A stretch of DNA of 64,000 bases from Candidatus Magasanikiibacteriota bacterium (lineage in GTDB: Bacteria; Patescibacteriota; Patescibacteriia; Magasanikbacterales; UBA922). Below, piece by piece: positions 39,709-48,416 of this stretch; the stretch's first letter is position 1; every line of letters begins with the position of its first letter. Location: NCBI GenBank assembly GCA_021648085.1, contig JAKITS010000001.1:324948-388947 (forward strand), read 5' to 3'. The position numbers were made by a program, and so were the translations under genes. Under the pieces are notes generated by a model. That model saw only the letters and a program-made list of their open reading frames with translations, searched no databases and was not told the DNA's origin.

Positions 39709-40929
39709 TTATCGCAAACAATAAGCAAACCACGTTTTTTGCCTATTTTCCAAAACCCTAGGATATTCAAAAGAAGATCCAATGGAATCACCACAAGCCG
39801 CTGGGGTTCCTGCTTCTTCAATGTAATTCGCTATTGGTGCAACAAATTTTTTATTTCTTAATAAATTGTCAATATCATTTTTATCTGTCGTTATTTTTAC
39901 TGACATATCAGATATATCAAAAGTAACGAGACTATCTCCTATCATCTGAACATATTTTTCAGTATCAATATTGTATAAGTTTCCCATTGTGTAGTAAGTA
40001 TCATAATAATCTCCTTTTTTAACAGGATTACTTGGATATAAGGTTAGTTTAGGCTCTGTATTTCCTTTTGGCCATATATCGCCTGTTGTCTTTAAGAAGT
40101 AAGACGAAGTATTTTGTTGATCATCATAAACGGAACGCAAATAATCACTTGCCGAAATATTTTGATCTAGTATATATGTACGATTTAATGTGCCAATCTT
40201 GTTAAAATAGATCTTGATAGAATCACTACTTACTGGGAATGAGATTTGATGTATACCATCAGGTCTCATTACTGTATTATTTTTCATTACACCATAATTA
40301 TCAAAAACCATCTGATATACTTCATTACCTGTAACTATTCTGTATTCTGTTTGATATTTATTAGATTTTACATAACTTTTTGGTGATAACAGGGTGCCAT
40401 CGTTAGCATTATACAATTGAATAACAGCTTCTCCGTCTACACCATATTCATTTATAGCCAAAACATCATTATCTACATATTGAATTCCTCCCACAATAGA
40501 ATCAATTAGCTTGCTATCAGTTTTATCTTTTAGATCTATTTTATTTATTACTCCTACTTGAGTTTTTTTAACAGAATCATATTTACTATTTATATAATAA
40601 ATAGTATCAGACGACTTATCAAAACTAATAGAAGATACATTAAAAAAATCTATTTTAGGTATATTTAAAATGACCTCTTTTCCTTCTGAGGTTAAGCCAA
40701 TAAATTCTCCAGTATTTTTATCAGAATACACGACAATTGGAGACAATGACTCTAAGTATGTGTTAAATTGCGTTTCTTTTTCTCGATATTCATTATCTAT
40801 ATATATTTTAGATGTAGACGTATCGTTGTTATATTGTAAGTACACAAAAATACCTGTTAAAACAATCAAGCTTGCTAATACGATTGAAATTATTTTAGTT
40901 TTTTTGTTGATAAAATTATCTTTATTCAT
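39709..40929 (-). CDS. hypothetical secreted or membrane-anchored protein (406 aa, beta-rich)
   Basis: N-terminal TM. Tyr/Asn/Ser-rich repetitive beta-strand-like composition. Confidence 0.5.
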   Translation of the reverse strand: MNKDNFINKKTKIISIVLASLIVLTGIFVYLQYNNDTSTSKIYIDNEYREKETQFNTYLESLSPIVVYSDKNTGEFIGLTSEGKEVILNIPKIDFFNVSSISFDKSSDTIYYINSKYDSVKKTQVGVINKIDLKDKTDSKLIDSIVGGIQYVDNDVLAINEYGVDGEAVIQLYNANDGTLLSPKSYVKSNKYQTEYRIVTGNEVYQMVFDNYGVMKNNTVMRPDGIHQISFPVSSDSIKIYFNKIGTLNRTYILDQNISASDYLRSVYDDQQNTSSYFLKTTGDIWPKGNTEPKLTLYPSNPVKKGDYYDTYYTMGNLYNIDTEKYVQMIGDSLVTFDISDMSVKITTDKNDIDNLLRNKKFVAPIANYIEEAGTPAACGDSIGSSFEYPRVLENRQKTWFAYCLR

Positions 40930-41030
40930 AAAGTTCTATTAAAGAACATACGCTAAAACTATTTTTTTGTCAATTAAAAACCTTACTTTTAGATCTTTTA
41001 TTAAAAATCCTTGTAAAAAAAATACTTTGT

Positions 41031-41369
41031 ATGATAATACCTTTCTTTTTTCATACAAATTTCTATCTACGACATTATTCAAACCCTTTCATAATAATAG
41101 ACGTTGAGCAAAATCTTGTTGATAAATTTATTGATAATATACATCCCGATCTCGATGCACTCCCCTACTGTGTAATGCTTAATCTGGATAAGTTAACTAG
41201 TCCTATTAATTCTATAGAAAAAACATTATTTTTAAGACGAATAACAATAACTGACAAAAAGGAAGAGGATATTTATAAATTAGACTTTAGAACATTTTTT
41301 AATATTCGATACAAAAAAGATGTCTTAACACCAAAATTTGATACTTCAAAAATAAATAAACGTTGTTAA
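41031..41369 (+). CDS. hypothetical protein (112 aa)
   Basis: ORF only. No motif. Confidence 0.35.
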   Translation: MIIPFFFHTNFYLRHYSNPFIIIDVEQNLVDKFIDNIHPDLDALPYCVMLNLDKLTSPINSIEKTLFLRRITITDKKEEDIYKLDFRTFFNIRYKKDVLTPKFDTSKINKRC

Positions 41370-41392
41370 AAAATGTTGTTTTCTTCATAAAA

Positions 41393-41448
41393 GTTCGAAT
41401 CCCGTTCTTCCTCACATTTTTTTATTTGTTCGGAGGCAAAAATTCGGT
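41393..41448. repeat. tRNA 3'-end remnants (GTTCGAATCCCGTTCTTCCTCA on plus strand; TTGTTCGGAGGCAAAAATTCGG, a degenerate copy of the tRNA-Gln 3' end)
   Basis: T-loop-like TTCGAAT plus acceptor-like strings without 5' halves. TTGTTCGGAGGCA recurs at 41699-41711 adjoining the intact tRNA-Gln. Confidence 0.55.
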
Positions 41449-41582
41449 CACAGATAAATTTATTGACTTAAATTTTCCGCGACCCCGTCTCACGGTCTTC
41501 ACCTTACCTCTTCGGGTAAACTCAGACATCGCTCCGACTTTCAAATCCCTGTCGAGAGTGAAGCAAGGGCATGTTGATTCCT

Positions 41583-41665
41583 TTCGCTCCGACTCAAGCC
41601 GGGGTGTTGCGTGCTCTCACACCCTTCGAATCCCTGCCGTGACACAAGACTTTGTGTCACTCTCC
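41583..41665. repeat. tRNA-linked structured repeat core (Gln-locus copy)
   Basis: Over 85% identical to the 60791-61024 units. Hairpins GGGTGT/ACACCC and GTGACACAAG/CTTTGTGTCAC carry compensatory changes relative to GGGTGC/GCACCC and CAGGCAAAG/TTTTGCCTG. Confidence 0.6.
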
Positions 41666-41702
41666 AAACAAAAACAAACCTTTTCAGGTTTGTTTTTGTT
41701 TG
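41666..41702. terminator. hairpin AAACAAAAACAAACC-ttttca-GGTTTGTTTTTGTTT abutting the tRNA-Gln 3' end
   Basis: 15-bp stem identical to the one at 34794-34832. Confidence 0.6.
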
Positions 41703-41774
41703 TTCGGAGGCAGGGATTCGAACCCCGATAGTCAGGATCAAAACCTGAAGTCCTACCATTAGACGACCTCCGAA
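41703..41774 (-). tRNA. tRNA-Gln(UUG)
   Basis: TCGGAGG-TC-GTCT-AATGGTA-GGAC-T-TCAGG-TTTTGAT-CCTGA-CTATC-GGGGTTCGAATCCCTG-CCTCCGA-A. Anticodon loop UUUUGAU. Confidence 0.85.
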
Positions 41775-41813
41775 TATTTATAGAATTAAGAACTTAGATC
41801 TTAATTCTATTCA

Positions 41814-41935
41814 CGTCATATTGAGCAGAACGAAGTGGAGTCGAAATATCTCGATGCAATATTATTAGAACTATGAATATTTAAAGTTCTAGTGTTTTTG
41901 AATCGAGATCCATTCGACTTCGCCCAGGATGACAT
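41814..41935. repeat. structured repeat family R1, copy B
   Basis: Same three-helix architecture as 28505-28625. A 10-bp hairpin TAGAATTAAG-aacttagat-CTTAATTCTA sits at 41780-41808 between it and tRNA-Gln. Confidence 0.65.
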
Positions 41936-41976
41936 ATTTTTTACTTAATCTGCATACTTTGCCTAATTTGCTGACC

Positions 41977-42888
41977 TTATGACTTCAATGACCTTCGCAT
42001 TGCCAAAAAGCTGGAAAATGCTGTGAGAAGTAAAACCCCAACAAACTGTAGTACAAACAGCATTATTATATTGGAATTGAAGTAATTTGTCAAGATATCT
42101 GACCTTTGAAACACAGATTTTATGTAAGGATCTATGACATCTATTGTCATAAAAACGAAAGCTAAAGCAAAAATTGTACTCAAAAAACTAAACAAAACAG
42201 CTTCTACCAAATAAGGTCCACGCACAAACCAATTTGTAGCGCCAACAAGTTTTTTTATAGTTATCTCCATTCTTTGTGTATACACAGAAACACGAATTGT
42301 ATTGAAAATAATTACAAATGCAATAACCGCAAACAAACCACTAAAAGCAAATATAAATTTTTCTAAATTTGAAGTGACTGTATCTATTCGCTCTATTGCC
42401 TGTTCTGTGTCTGCAAAAGTCTTTGCTTCTATAATATCTTCGTATTCTGGAACACTCAAAGCTGTAATTATTTTGTCATAATCACTAGTTTCTCTAGCTT
42501 TTACAACTAAAGTTGGTCCCAATGGATTCTCGCTCAGCTCCTCTAGCGATGCCAAAATATCTGGACTATCTTTGTGCTGTTCCTTGAAATCTACCAAAAC
42601 CTCATCTCTTGTCATTAGTGTTATTTCTACAACCTCTGGAAAAGATTCCAAATAAGATAAAACCTCTGAAACATCTTCTTCTGTGGAAGTATAATCGAAA
42701 TAAACACTTACATCTATCTGATTTTTTATAGTATTGGTTGCCTCAAAAGTTAATACGCGAATAATAATAAGTGTATTTATAGATAAAAGCATTAAAACCA
42801 AAATAAGCACTGTCATAAATGAAAGGCTAAAATTCCTCAAAATATCTTGAAATGCAAATTTTACTACACGAAAAAATCTAATAAACAT
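41977..42888 (-). CDS. ftsX: cell-division ABC transporter permease FtsX-like
   Basis: 303 aa. N-terminal TM, large extracellular loop, three C-terminal TM. Sits downstream of ftsE. Confidence 0.8.
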   Translation of the reverse strand: MFIRFFRVVKFAFQDILRNFSLSFMTVLILVLMLLSINTLIIIRVLTFEATNTIKNQIDVSVYFDYTSTEEDVSEVLSYLESFPEVVEITLMTRDEVLVDFKEQHKDSPDILASLEELSENPLGPTLVVKARETSDYDKIITALSVPEYEDIIEAKTFADTEQAIERIDTVTSNLEKFIFAFSGLFAVIAFVIIFNTIRVSVYTQRMEITIKKLVGATNWFVRGPYLVEAVLFSFLSTIFALAFVFMTIDVIDPYIKSVFQRSDILTNYFNSNIIMLFVLQFVGVLLLTAFSSFLAMRRSLKS

Positions 42889-42944
42889 AATTTTTAATCA
42901 AATTCTAAATGCTCTATTGCTTAACCAGTTCTAAATATTCTTTC

Positions 42945-43052
42945 TGTAATCCTAATCTTGTTGGGGATTCAAAGTTTGTGTCAAATCAACATTCTATTTT
43001 GTAAACTCTGGATTCCTAAGTTAAATTCAGGATGATGTATTTAAAATAGCAG
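42945..43052. repeat. intergenic repeat family R2, copy B (in the ftsE-ftsX spacer)
   Basis: ATCCTAATCTTG...TCAACATTCtATTTtgTAAACTCTGGATTCC aligns with 28408-28475. Confidence 0.55.
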
Positions 43053-43130
43053 ATTAAGCAAATTAAGTTAGGAAAGAAAAGCAAAGCTTTTCGATATATC
43101 AAATTGAACAAAGTTCAGCGATTCATCATT

Positions 43131-43811
43131 CTACAAAACATATTTACCTGTTTTTTTATCTGAAACAACAACACCATTGTTTAGTGTGACAACACGCTTT
43201 TTGAGATGATTTACCACTTCCCTATTGTGTGTCACCAAAACTACTGTTGTGCCAAAATTATTTATCTTTTTTAAAATTTCAATAACATCTTTTGTATTTA
43301 AAGTATCCAAATTTCCTGTAGGCTCGTCTGCGATTAAGACTTTTGGCCTGTGAACAAGCGCGCGCGCAATAGCAACTCTTTGTTGTTCTCCACCAGACAA
43401 ATGCTTTGGATAACTATTTATTTTGTCTCCCAAACCTACAATATTCAAAACACGAGGCACAACCTCTTTGATACGTTTTTTTGGTGCTCCAGAAACCTGC
43501 AAGGCAAAAGATACATTTTCTGCCACAGTTTTTGCATGCAAAAGTTTAAAATCCTGAAATATAACTCCAATTTGTCTACGCAAAAGTGGAATATCTTTGT
43601 TTCGAATTTTTGTAATATCCCATCCTCCAATTTCCACTTTTCCTGCAGTTGGATATTCCTCCACAATTAGAAGTTTCACCAAAGTAGTCTTTCCGCTTCC
43701 GCTTTGCCCCACAATAGAAACAAACTCTCCATGTTCTATATGAAGATCTATTTTATCCAAGCCAATACTATCTTTATTATAAATTTTACTAATACCTTTT
43801 AGTCTAATCAT
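43131..43811 (-). CDS. ftsE: cell-division ABC transporter ATP-binding protein FtsE
   Basis: Walker A GQSGSGKTT, signature LSGGEQQR, Walker B LIADEPTGNLD. Confidence 0.88.
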   Translation of the reverse strand: MIRLKGISKIYNKDSIGLDKIDLHIEHGEFVSIVGQSGSGKTTLVKLLIVEEYPTAGKVEIGGWDITKIRNKDIPLLRRQIGVIFQDFKLLHAKTVAENVSFALQVSGAPKKRIKEVVPRVLNIVGLGDKINSYPKHLSGGEQQRVAIARALVHRPKVLIADEPTGNLDTLNTKDVIEILKKINNFGTTVVLVTHNREVVNHLKKRVVTLNNGVVVSDKKTGKYVL

Positions 43812-43897
43812 AAAAATATTATATCATAATATTTTTAAATAGTAAAAAACAAAATACACAGAATTTTCTGTGTATTTTGTTTTAACTTTTCGTTTTT

Positions 43898-44962
43898 CTA
43901 ACTTTCTGATTCTGAGCTACTTTCTTCTGTTTCTGTGGATACCTCAGGCTCTTTGTCTGTTCCTTCTTGCAAATTATTAAACGGTGTATTTACAGGAAGA
44001 GTTATTTTAATATCTGCTTCTTTAATTTTTGCATCCAAAAATGCTGCAAAGTTTCTAGTAGACCTTCTTTCATCCAAACGAATTATGTGAAAGCCAAATT
44101 GAGTTTCTACTAAATTTGTGTCCACCTCTCCAACATTCAAAGCATATACAGCCTTTTCAAACTCTTTTACCATCATCCCCCTACCAAACCAACCCAAATC
44201 TCCGCCAGTTTTTGAAGTTCCGTCTGAACCAAACTCTTCTGCCAATGTTCCAAAATCTTCACCAGCCAAAACTCTCTTTAATATGGAGTTTGCCTGAGCT
44301 TTTACAGTTGCACTCGTCTCTGGATCTCCAACTTGAAATAATATGTGACGAGCCTTTACCTCTTCATCTCCAAATTCTGCCCACTCTTCATTTGTACTTT
44401 CTGCAAAAAACTTAGCAACTTTTTGCTCCAAAACTATTGGTGTGATTATTTTTTTTGTATAAGTGTCTAAATCCCAACCATACTTTTCTTTCAAATTTTT
44501 CTCTGCCTCCTCCTCACTTGCAAACTGCAAAACTAACTCTTTTTTTACATTAGCCACCTCTTCATCTGTCACTTCCACATCATTTTCTTTTGCAAAATTA
44601 GCTACAAAACGATTTGCCAAAAGTCTCTCCAAAACCTGATTTGACACATCATCGTCTGATACTGGTGGAAAACCTTCCGGTTGTTGTGAATAAAATAATT
44701 TTAAAGTTCTTATATCCTCAATATAATCATAATAACTTATATTCAATCCATTAATTGACGCAACTGGAATATTTAAACTTTTTGAAAATGCACGCACCAT
44801 AGTATTATCTTGTAAATTATAAACTCCCCGAATAACAAAAATTAATGATAAAAAAAATACTAACACAAACACACCTGCTATACCCATAAGAAAAAACTTT
44901 TTATTTTTTAGACTGACAGGGCTAACTACTTTTTTACTAACTACTTTCTCTTCTTTTTCCAT
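43898..44962 (-). CDS. PpiC/parvulin-type peptidyl-prolyl isomerase (PrsA/SurA-like, membrane-anchored)
   Basis: Parvulin core HILFQV...GGDLGWFGRGMMVKEFE...GFHIIRL. Confidence 0.8.
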   Translation of the reverse strand: MEKEEKVVSKKVVSPVSLKNKKFFLMGIAGVFVLVFFLSLIFVIRGVYNLQDNTMVRAFSKSLNIPVASINGLNISYYDYIEDIRTLKLFYSQQPEGFPPVSDDDVSNQVLERLLANRFVANFAKENDVEVTDEEVANVKKELVLQFASEEEAEKNLKEKYGWDLDTYTKKIITPIVLEQKVAKFFAESTNEEWAEFGDEEVKARHILFQVGDPETSATVKAQANSILKRVLAGEDFGTLAEEFGSDGTSKTGGDLGWFGRGMMVKEFEKAVYALNVGEVDTNLVETQFGFHIIRLDERRSTRNFAAFLDAKIKEADIKITLPVNTPFNNLQEGTDKEPEVSTETEESSSESES

Positions 44963-44991
44963 AATATTTTAATTAACTAATAATTTCTAAA

Positions 44992-45399
44992 TCACTCTAT
45001 ACTCTTGTTTGTAAAATAATACCACCATTTCAAAGGATTATGCAAGACCTTTCTATTTTCAGTATCATATTCATTTTTATTTTCGTTTTCAAAATCTTCA
45101 TGATTATTAAAAAAAACTATCTTTTCACCCTCTTCTTGCATATTCAATTCTGTACGCGCTTTCTCTTCCACAAAACTATTACTCATAACATAAGAAAGTA
45201 TCTCCATTGATTCTAGTTTTTTACTTTCCAATCCTGCTATTTCTTTTTCCAAAGATTCTATTTCTCTTTTTATCTTAAAATCCTGATAAAAACCTTTTGC
45301 ATAAACAAAAAAAACAAAACAAACTATCAAAATTAAGCCAAACAAAAAAAGTTTAGTCGCAAAAAAACCACTCCACAATTTACCACTTTTCCTACGCAT
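44992..45399 (-). CDS. FtsB/DivIC-like septum formation protein (TM plus coiled coil)
   Basis: N-terminal TM followed by IESLEKEIAGLESKKLES heptads. Confidence 0.5.
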   Translation of the reverse strand: MRRKSGKLWSGFFATKLFLFGLILIVCFVFFVYAKGFYQDFKIKREIESLEKEIAGLESKKLESMEILSYVMSNSFVEEKARTELNMQEEGEKIVFFNNHEDFENENKNEYDTENRKVLHNPLKWWYYFTNKSIE

Positions 45400-45408
45400 A
45401 AATATAAA

Positions 45409-46032
45409 TTATTCTTGTGTATCAGTATCGATAAAACCTCTATTTTTTAACTCCTCTCTTGTGTTTAAATAAACTCTTTTAAGCTCTTCGTCCTCCAAAA
45501 TATTGATCGCACTATTTTGGACTTGTTCCTGTTTTTTTAGACCTCTCAAATTTTCGTGTCTAAACTCATTTATTTTTTGCTGAATAATTACAGGCTCTTT
45601 TATCTTTTTTACAACAATTTGAACACTTCCAGCTGCTGTTTGAATAGTCACATCTCCATAACGAAAAATAGTTCCAGCAATTCCTTTTACCCTTCCAGAA
45701 ACACCCTCCACCTGATCGTACAAAACCTCGGAAATAACTTTGTCAAAAATAGCGCGTCTATTTATATCAATTATCCTATAATTTGTAATTATACAAGTAT
45801 CCTTTCTCCACATATAAAGTCCACGAGCCCAAAACATAGCAGAAAACCAAATAAGAATTACAAATACAATACTCCCCCAAATTCCATAAGAAAAAAGCCA
45901 GAACATAAGAAAGAAAGCCAAAATTAAGAAAAATAAACCACCCAACCACATCCAAAAAAGTGTAAGAGCGTGCCTACGAAGAGATAGTAAAATCTCTTCA
46001 TCGTGTTTTAAATTAATTTTTTTTGTATTCAT
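45409..46032 (-). CDS. membrane protein with bacterial PH (bPH_2/YdbS-like) domain
   Basis: Two TM helices then a beta-rich domain (TNYRIIDINRRAIFDKV...). Confidence 0.45.
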   Translation of the reverse strand: MNTKKINLKHDEEILLSLRRHALTLFWMWLGGLFFLILAFFLMFWLFSYGIWGSIVFVILIWFSAMFWARGLYMWRKDTCIITNYRIIDINRRAIFDKVISEVLYDQVEGVSGRVKGIAGTIFRYGDVTIQTAAGSVQIVVKKIKEPVIIQQKINEFRHENLRGLKKQEQVQNSAINILEDEELKRVYLNTREELKNRGFIDTDTQE

Positions 46033-46034
46033 AT

Positions 46035-47366
46035 TTATTTTTTAAATCTTAATTCTTTTTTAATTACTTCTCTGTCATCCCAATCAATCTTTTTACCATT
46101 CTCTACTACTATTGCCTGTTCACTACCTTTTCCAGTGACTAAAATTAAATCTCCTTTTTTTACCAAGTTTACTGCTTTTTGTATTGCTTCTCCTCTATCC
46201 AAAATTTCAAACAAATTTTTATCGAGTTTTTTGCCAGATTTTTTTGCACCTCCTGAAACTTGTTTTATTATCTCCATTGGATCTTCATCATAAGGATCTT
46301 CGTTCGTCACAATACAAATATCTGCATTCCTACCAACCAATTCTCCAATTGGCCCTCTTCGGGATCTATCCCGCCCACCACCTGCTGAACCACAAACATG
46401 GATTATGCGTTTTGGTTTCAAAACTTTTACAACTCTATAAAGCGACTTCAAAGCTATGGGCTCAAAAGCATAATCCACAATTACCTGAAATCCGAATTCT
46501 TCAGCTTCTTCTATAAACTCAAGCCTTCCAGGAACTCCAGCAAAATTCTTCACAGACTTGTTTATCTTTGACCAATCCACCATCAATTCTCTGGCCACAG
46601 AAACTGCAGATAAAATATTCAAAGCATTGTGTTCGCCAAAAAGTTTAGTATTAAATTTTTTATTGTTTATTTCAAATTCCAATCCTTTTTCAGTTGTCTC
46701 CACATTATCCAAAATAAATTCCTCTCCAAGATTTTTTACAAAAACTTTTTCTCCTTTTTTACCAAATCCAATCTTCTTTGAAAAATTAAAATTTACAAAC
46801 TCACTAGCTTGTTTTATGTTTTCATTTACAAAAACTTTTTTATCTATTGGTTTACCTTTTAGAACTTTCGTTTCTTTATTTGCAGTATATTCAAAAAGTT
46901 TCAACTTTGCATTTTTATAGTTTTCAAAACTTCCGTGAGATTCTATATGTTCTGGATACAGATTTGTAAGCAAAACATAATCATAATTTATAAACTTATG
47001 ACGATACTGGACTATTCCTTCTGAAGTTGTCTCAACAATTGCAATATCACATTTTTTATTTACCATTTCACGCAGATATTTTTGTATTTCAGTTTTTCCA
47101 AGCATGGTCATTTTTGTATCATTTAGCTTGTCTCGTCCAGCAACATAAAAATCTATAGTAGAAAGTGAGCCAACTACAAAACCAGAACTTTCCAAAAGTT
47201 GACGAAGTAAATAAGCAGTTGTAGATTTTCCACTTGTTCCTGTAATTCCAATTACTAACAATTCTTTTGAAGGATATTTGTATTTTATAGCTCCGTACCA
47301 AGCAAAAAATAAATGCCTAAGATTCAAAATATTTTTTGGTATAATTTTTTTTAATATTTTTTTCAT
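46035..47366 (-). CDS. Mur ligase family protein (MurE-like)
   Basis: GITGTSGKSTT P-loop, Mur-ligase middle-domain TNLYPEHIESHG, and C-terminal domain. Confidence 0.8.
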   Translation of the reverse strand: MKKILKKIIPKNILNLRHLFFAWYGAIKYKYPSKELLVIGITGTSGKSTTAYLLRQLLESSGFVVGSLSTIDFYVAGRDKLNDTKMTMLGKTEIQKYLREMVNKKCDIAIVETTSEGIVQYRHKFINYDYVLLTNLYPEHIESHGSFENYKNAKLKLFEYTANKETKVLKGKPIDKKVFVNENIKQASEFVNFNFSKKIGFGKKGEKVFVKNLGEEFILDNVETTEKGLEFEINNKKFNTKLFGEHNALNILSAVSVARELMVDWSKINKSVKNFAGVPGRLEFIEEAEEFGFQVIVDYAFEPIALKSLYRVVKVLKPKRIIHVCGSAGGGRDRSRRGPIGELVGRNADICIVTNEDPYDEDPMEIIKQVSGGAKKSGKKLDKNLFEILDRGEAIQKAVNLVKKGDLILVTGKGSEQAIVVENGKKIDWDDREVIKKELRFKK

Positions 47367-47452
47367 AATAAAATTTACAAATCCTATTTAATTATGTAAT
47401 ACTATTAGTGTATCAATTTAAGTAAAAAAAAGAAACCCAAAAGGAGCGTAAA

Positions 47453-47797
47453 ATGTCTATTCCTGTTTTTATTTTTAGAAACCAAGAACATTTTATAAAA
47501 TATATCCAAAATATACTCCCCAAAAAAGATACAAAAACAACAAAAGATACTAACTTAAGTATAGATATTGACTTAAAACATGGTTTAAGTATTGGTGCAA
47601 AAAGGTTTAAAGATATACAAAAAAAACCTTATTATATTTTTACACATTATACTAATAACTTTGATGGTGTCGCAGGTAAACAGGCTATTGTAAAATTTAT
47701 TTTCCATATTATAAGCCCAGATCAATACCGAGACTTAGTTCATTATCTTGAAGTTATGTTAGGACTTGAAGTGTATGAATATTCACACACAAAATAA
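47453..47797 (+). CDS. hypothetical protein (114 aa)
   Basis: RBS AAAGGAG. Followed by the terminator at 47796-47824. Confidence 0.5.
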   Translation: MSIPVFIFRNQEHFIKYIQNILPKKDTKTTKDTNLSIDIDLKHGLSIGAKRFKDIQKKPYYIFTHYTNNFDGVAGKQAIVKFIFHIISPDQYRDLVHYLEVMLGLEVYEYSHTK

Positions 47798-47824
47798 CCC
47801 GCAAATATAGCGGGTTTTTATTTG
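47796..47824 (+). terminator. terminator AACCCGC-aaatata-GCGGGTTTTTATTT
   Basis: GC-rich stem plus T-run. Confidence 0.75.
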
Positions 47825-47849
47825 TTCTCAAAAAAATTATACAAATTTT

Positions 47850-48416
47850 TTATTTCCTCAAACTAAGTTCATAATTTACTTGCTCCAACTTTCTCACAGC
47901 ATTTTTTGCCTGATCTAATTTATTACGAAGATAACTAGTCAAATTAAATTCTATTAACTCTCCAACTACTTCCTGAGCAGTCTCAACACATCGCTCAACC
48001 ATTTCAAAATCTCTTTTAGTCGCAAACTTCACAGCATACCGCAAAAGCTCTCCTGGTACATCACAAAGACCTGCAATGTAAACATCGTCTGGAACATCCA
48101 ATTGAATTCTTCCAAAATCTACTCCATTTATAAAATCAAAGAATAAAGTAGCTTCTACAAATTCCTCCATTCCAGCTTTATACGAACCCTGTCCTTCCAA
48201 AACATTTATATCAAACTTTTTCTGCAAATTTAACATTATATTTTCTGATTCTTTCATTTTATCTTCTGCGTCTTCTGCATCATCTCGATGAAGTGAGAAA
48301 ATAGCCCGCTTTGCCAAATGCAGTGCATCTCCAGATTGTTTAATTATCTCTCTTCTCTCTGTATCTTTCTTTGTCATTCTCTCTTTTTTCTCCTCTATAA
48401 AATTCTTATCTATCAT
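47850..48416 (-). CDS. hypothetical helical protein (two-repeat, PhoU/DUF47-like?)
   Basis: 188 aa. Overlaps the stop of the upstream P-type ATPase by about 10 nt, so is likely co-transcribed with it. Confidence 0.5.
   Translation of the reverse strand: MIDKNFIEEKKERMTKKDTERREIIKQSGDALHLAKRAIFSLHRDDAEDAEDKMKESENIMLNLQKKFDINVLEGQGSYKAGMEEFVEATLFFDFINGVDFGRIQLDVPDDVYIAGLCDVPGELLRYAVKFATKRDFEMVERCVETAQEVVGELIEFNLTSYLRNKLDQAKNAVRKLEQVNYELSLRK

Noticed and set aside
41363-41759. Plus- and minus-strand ORFs (122 and 72 aa) spanning the tRNA-Gln repeat region
   Set aside because: They cross tRNA remnants, the repeat core and the tRNA-Gln gene itself, so they are non-coding.
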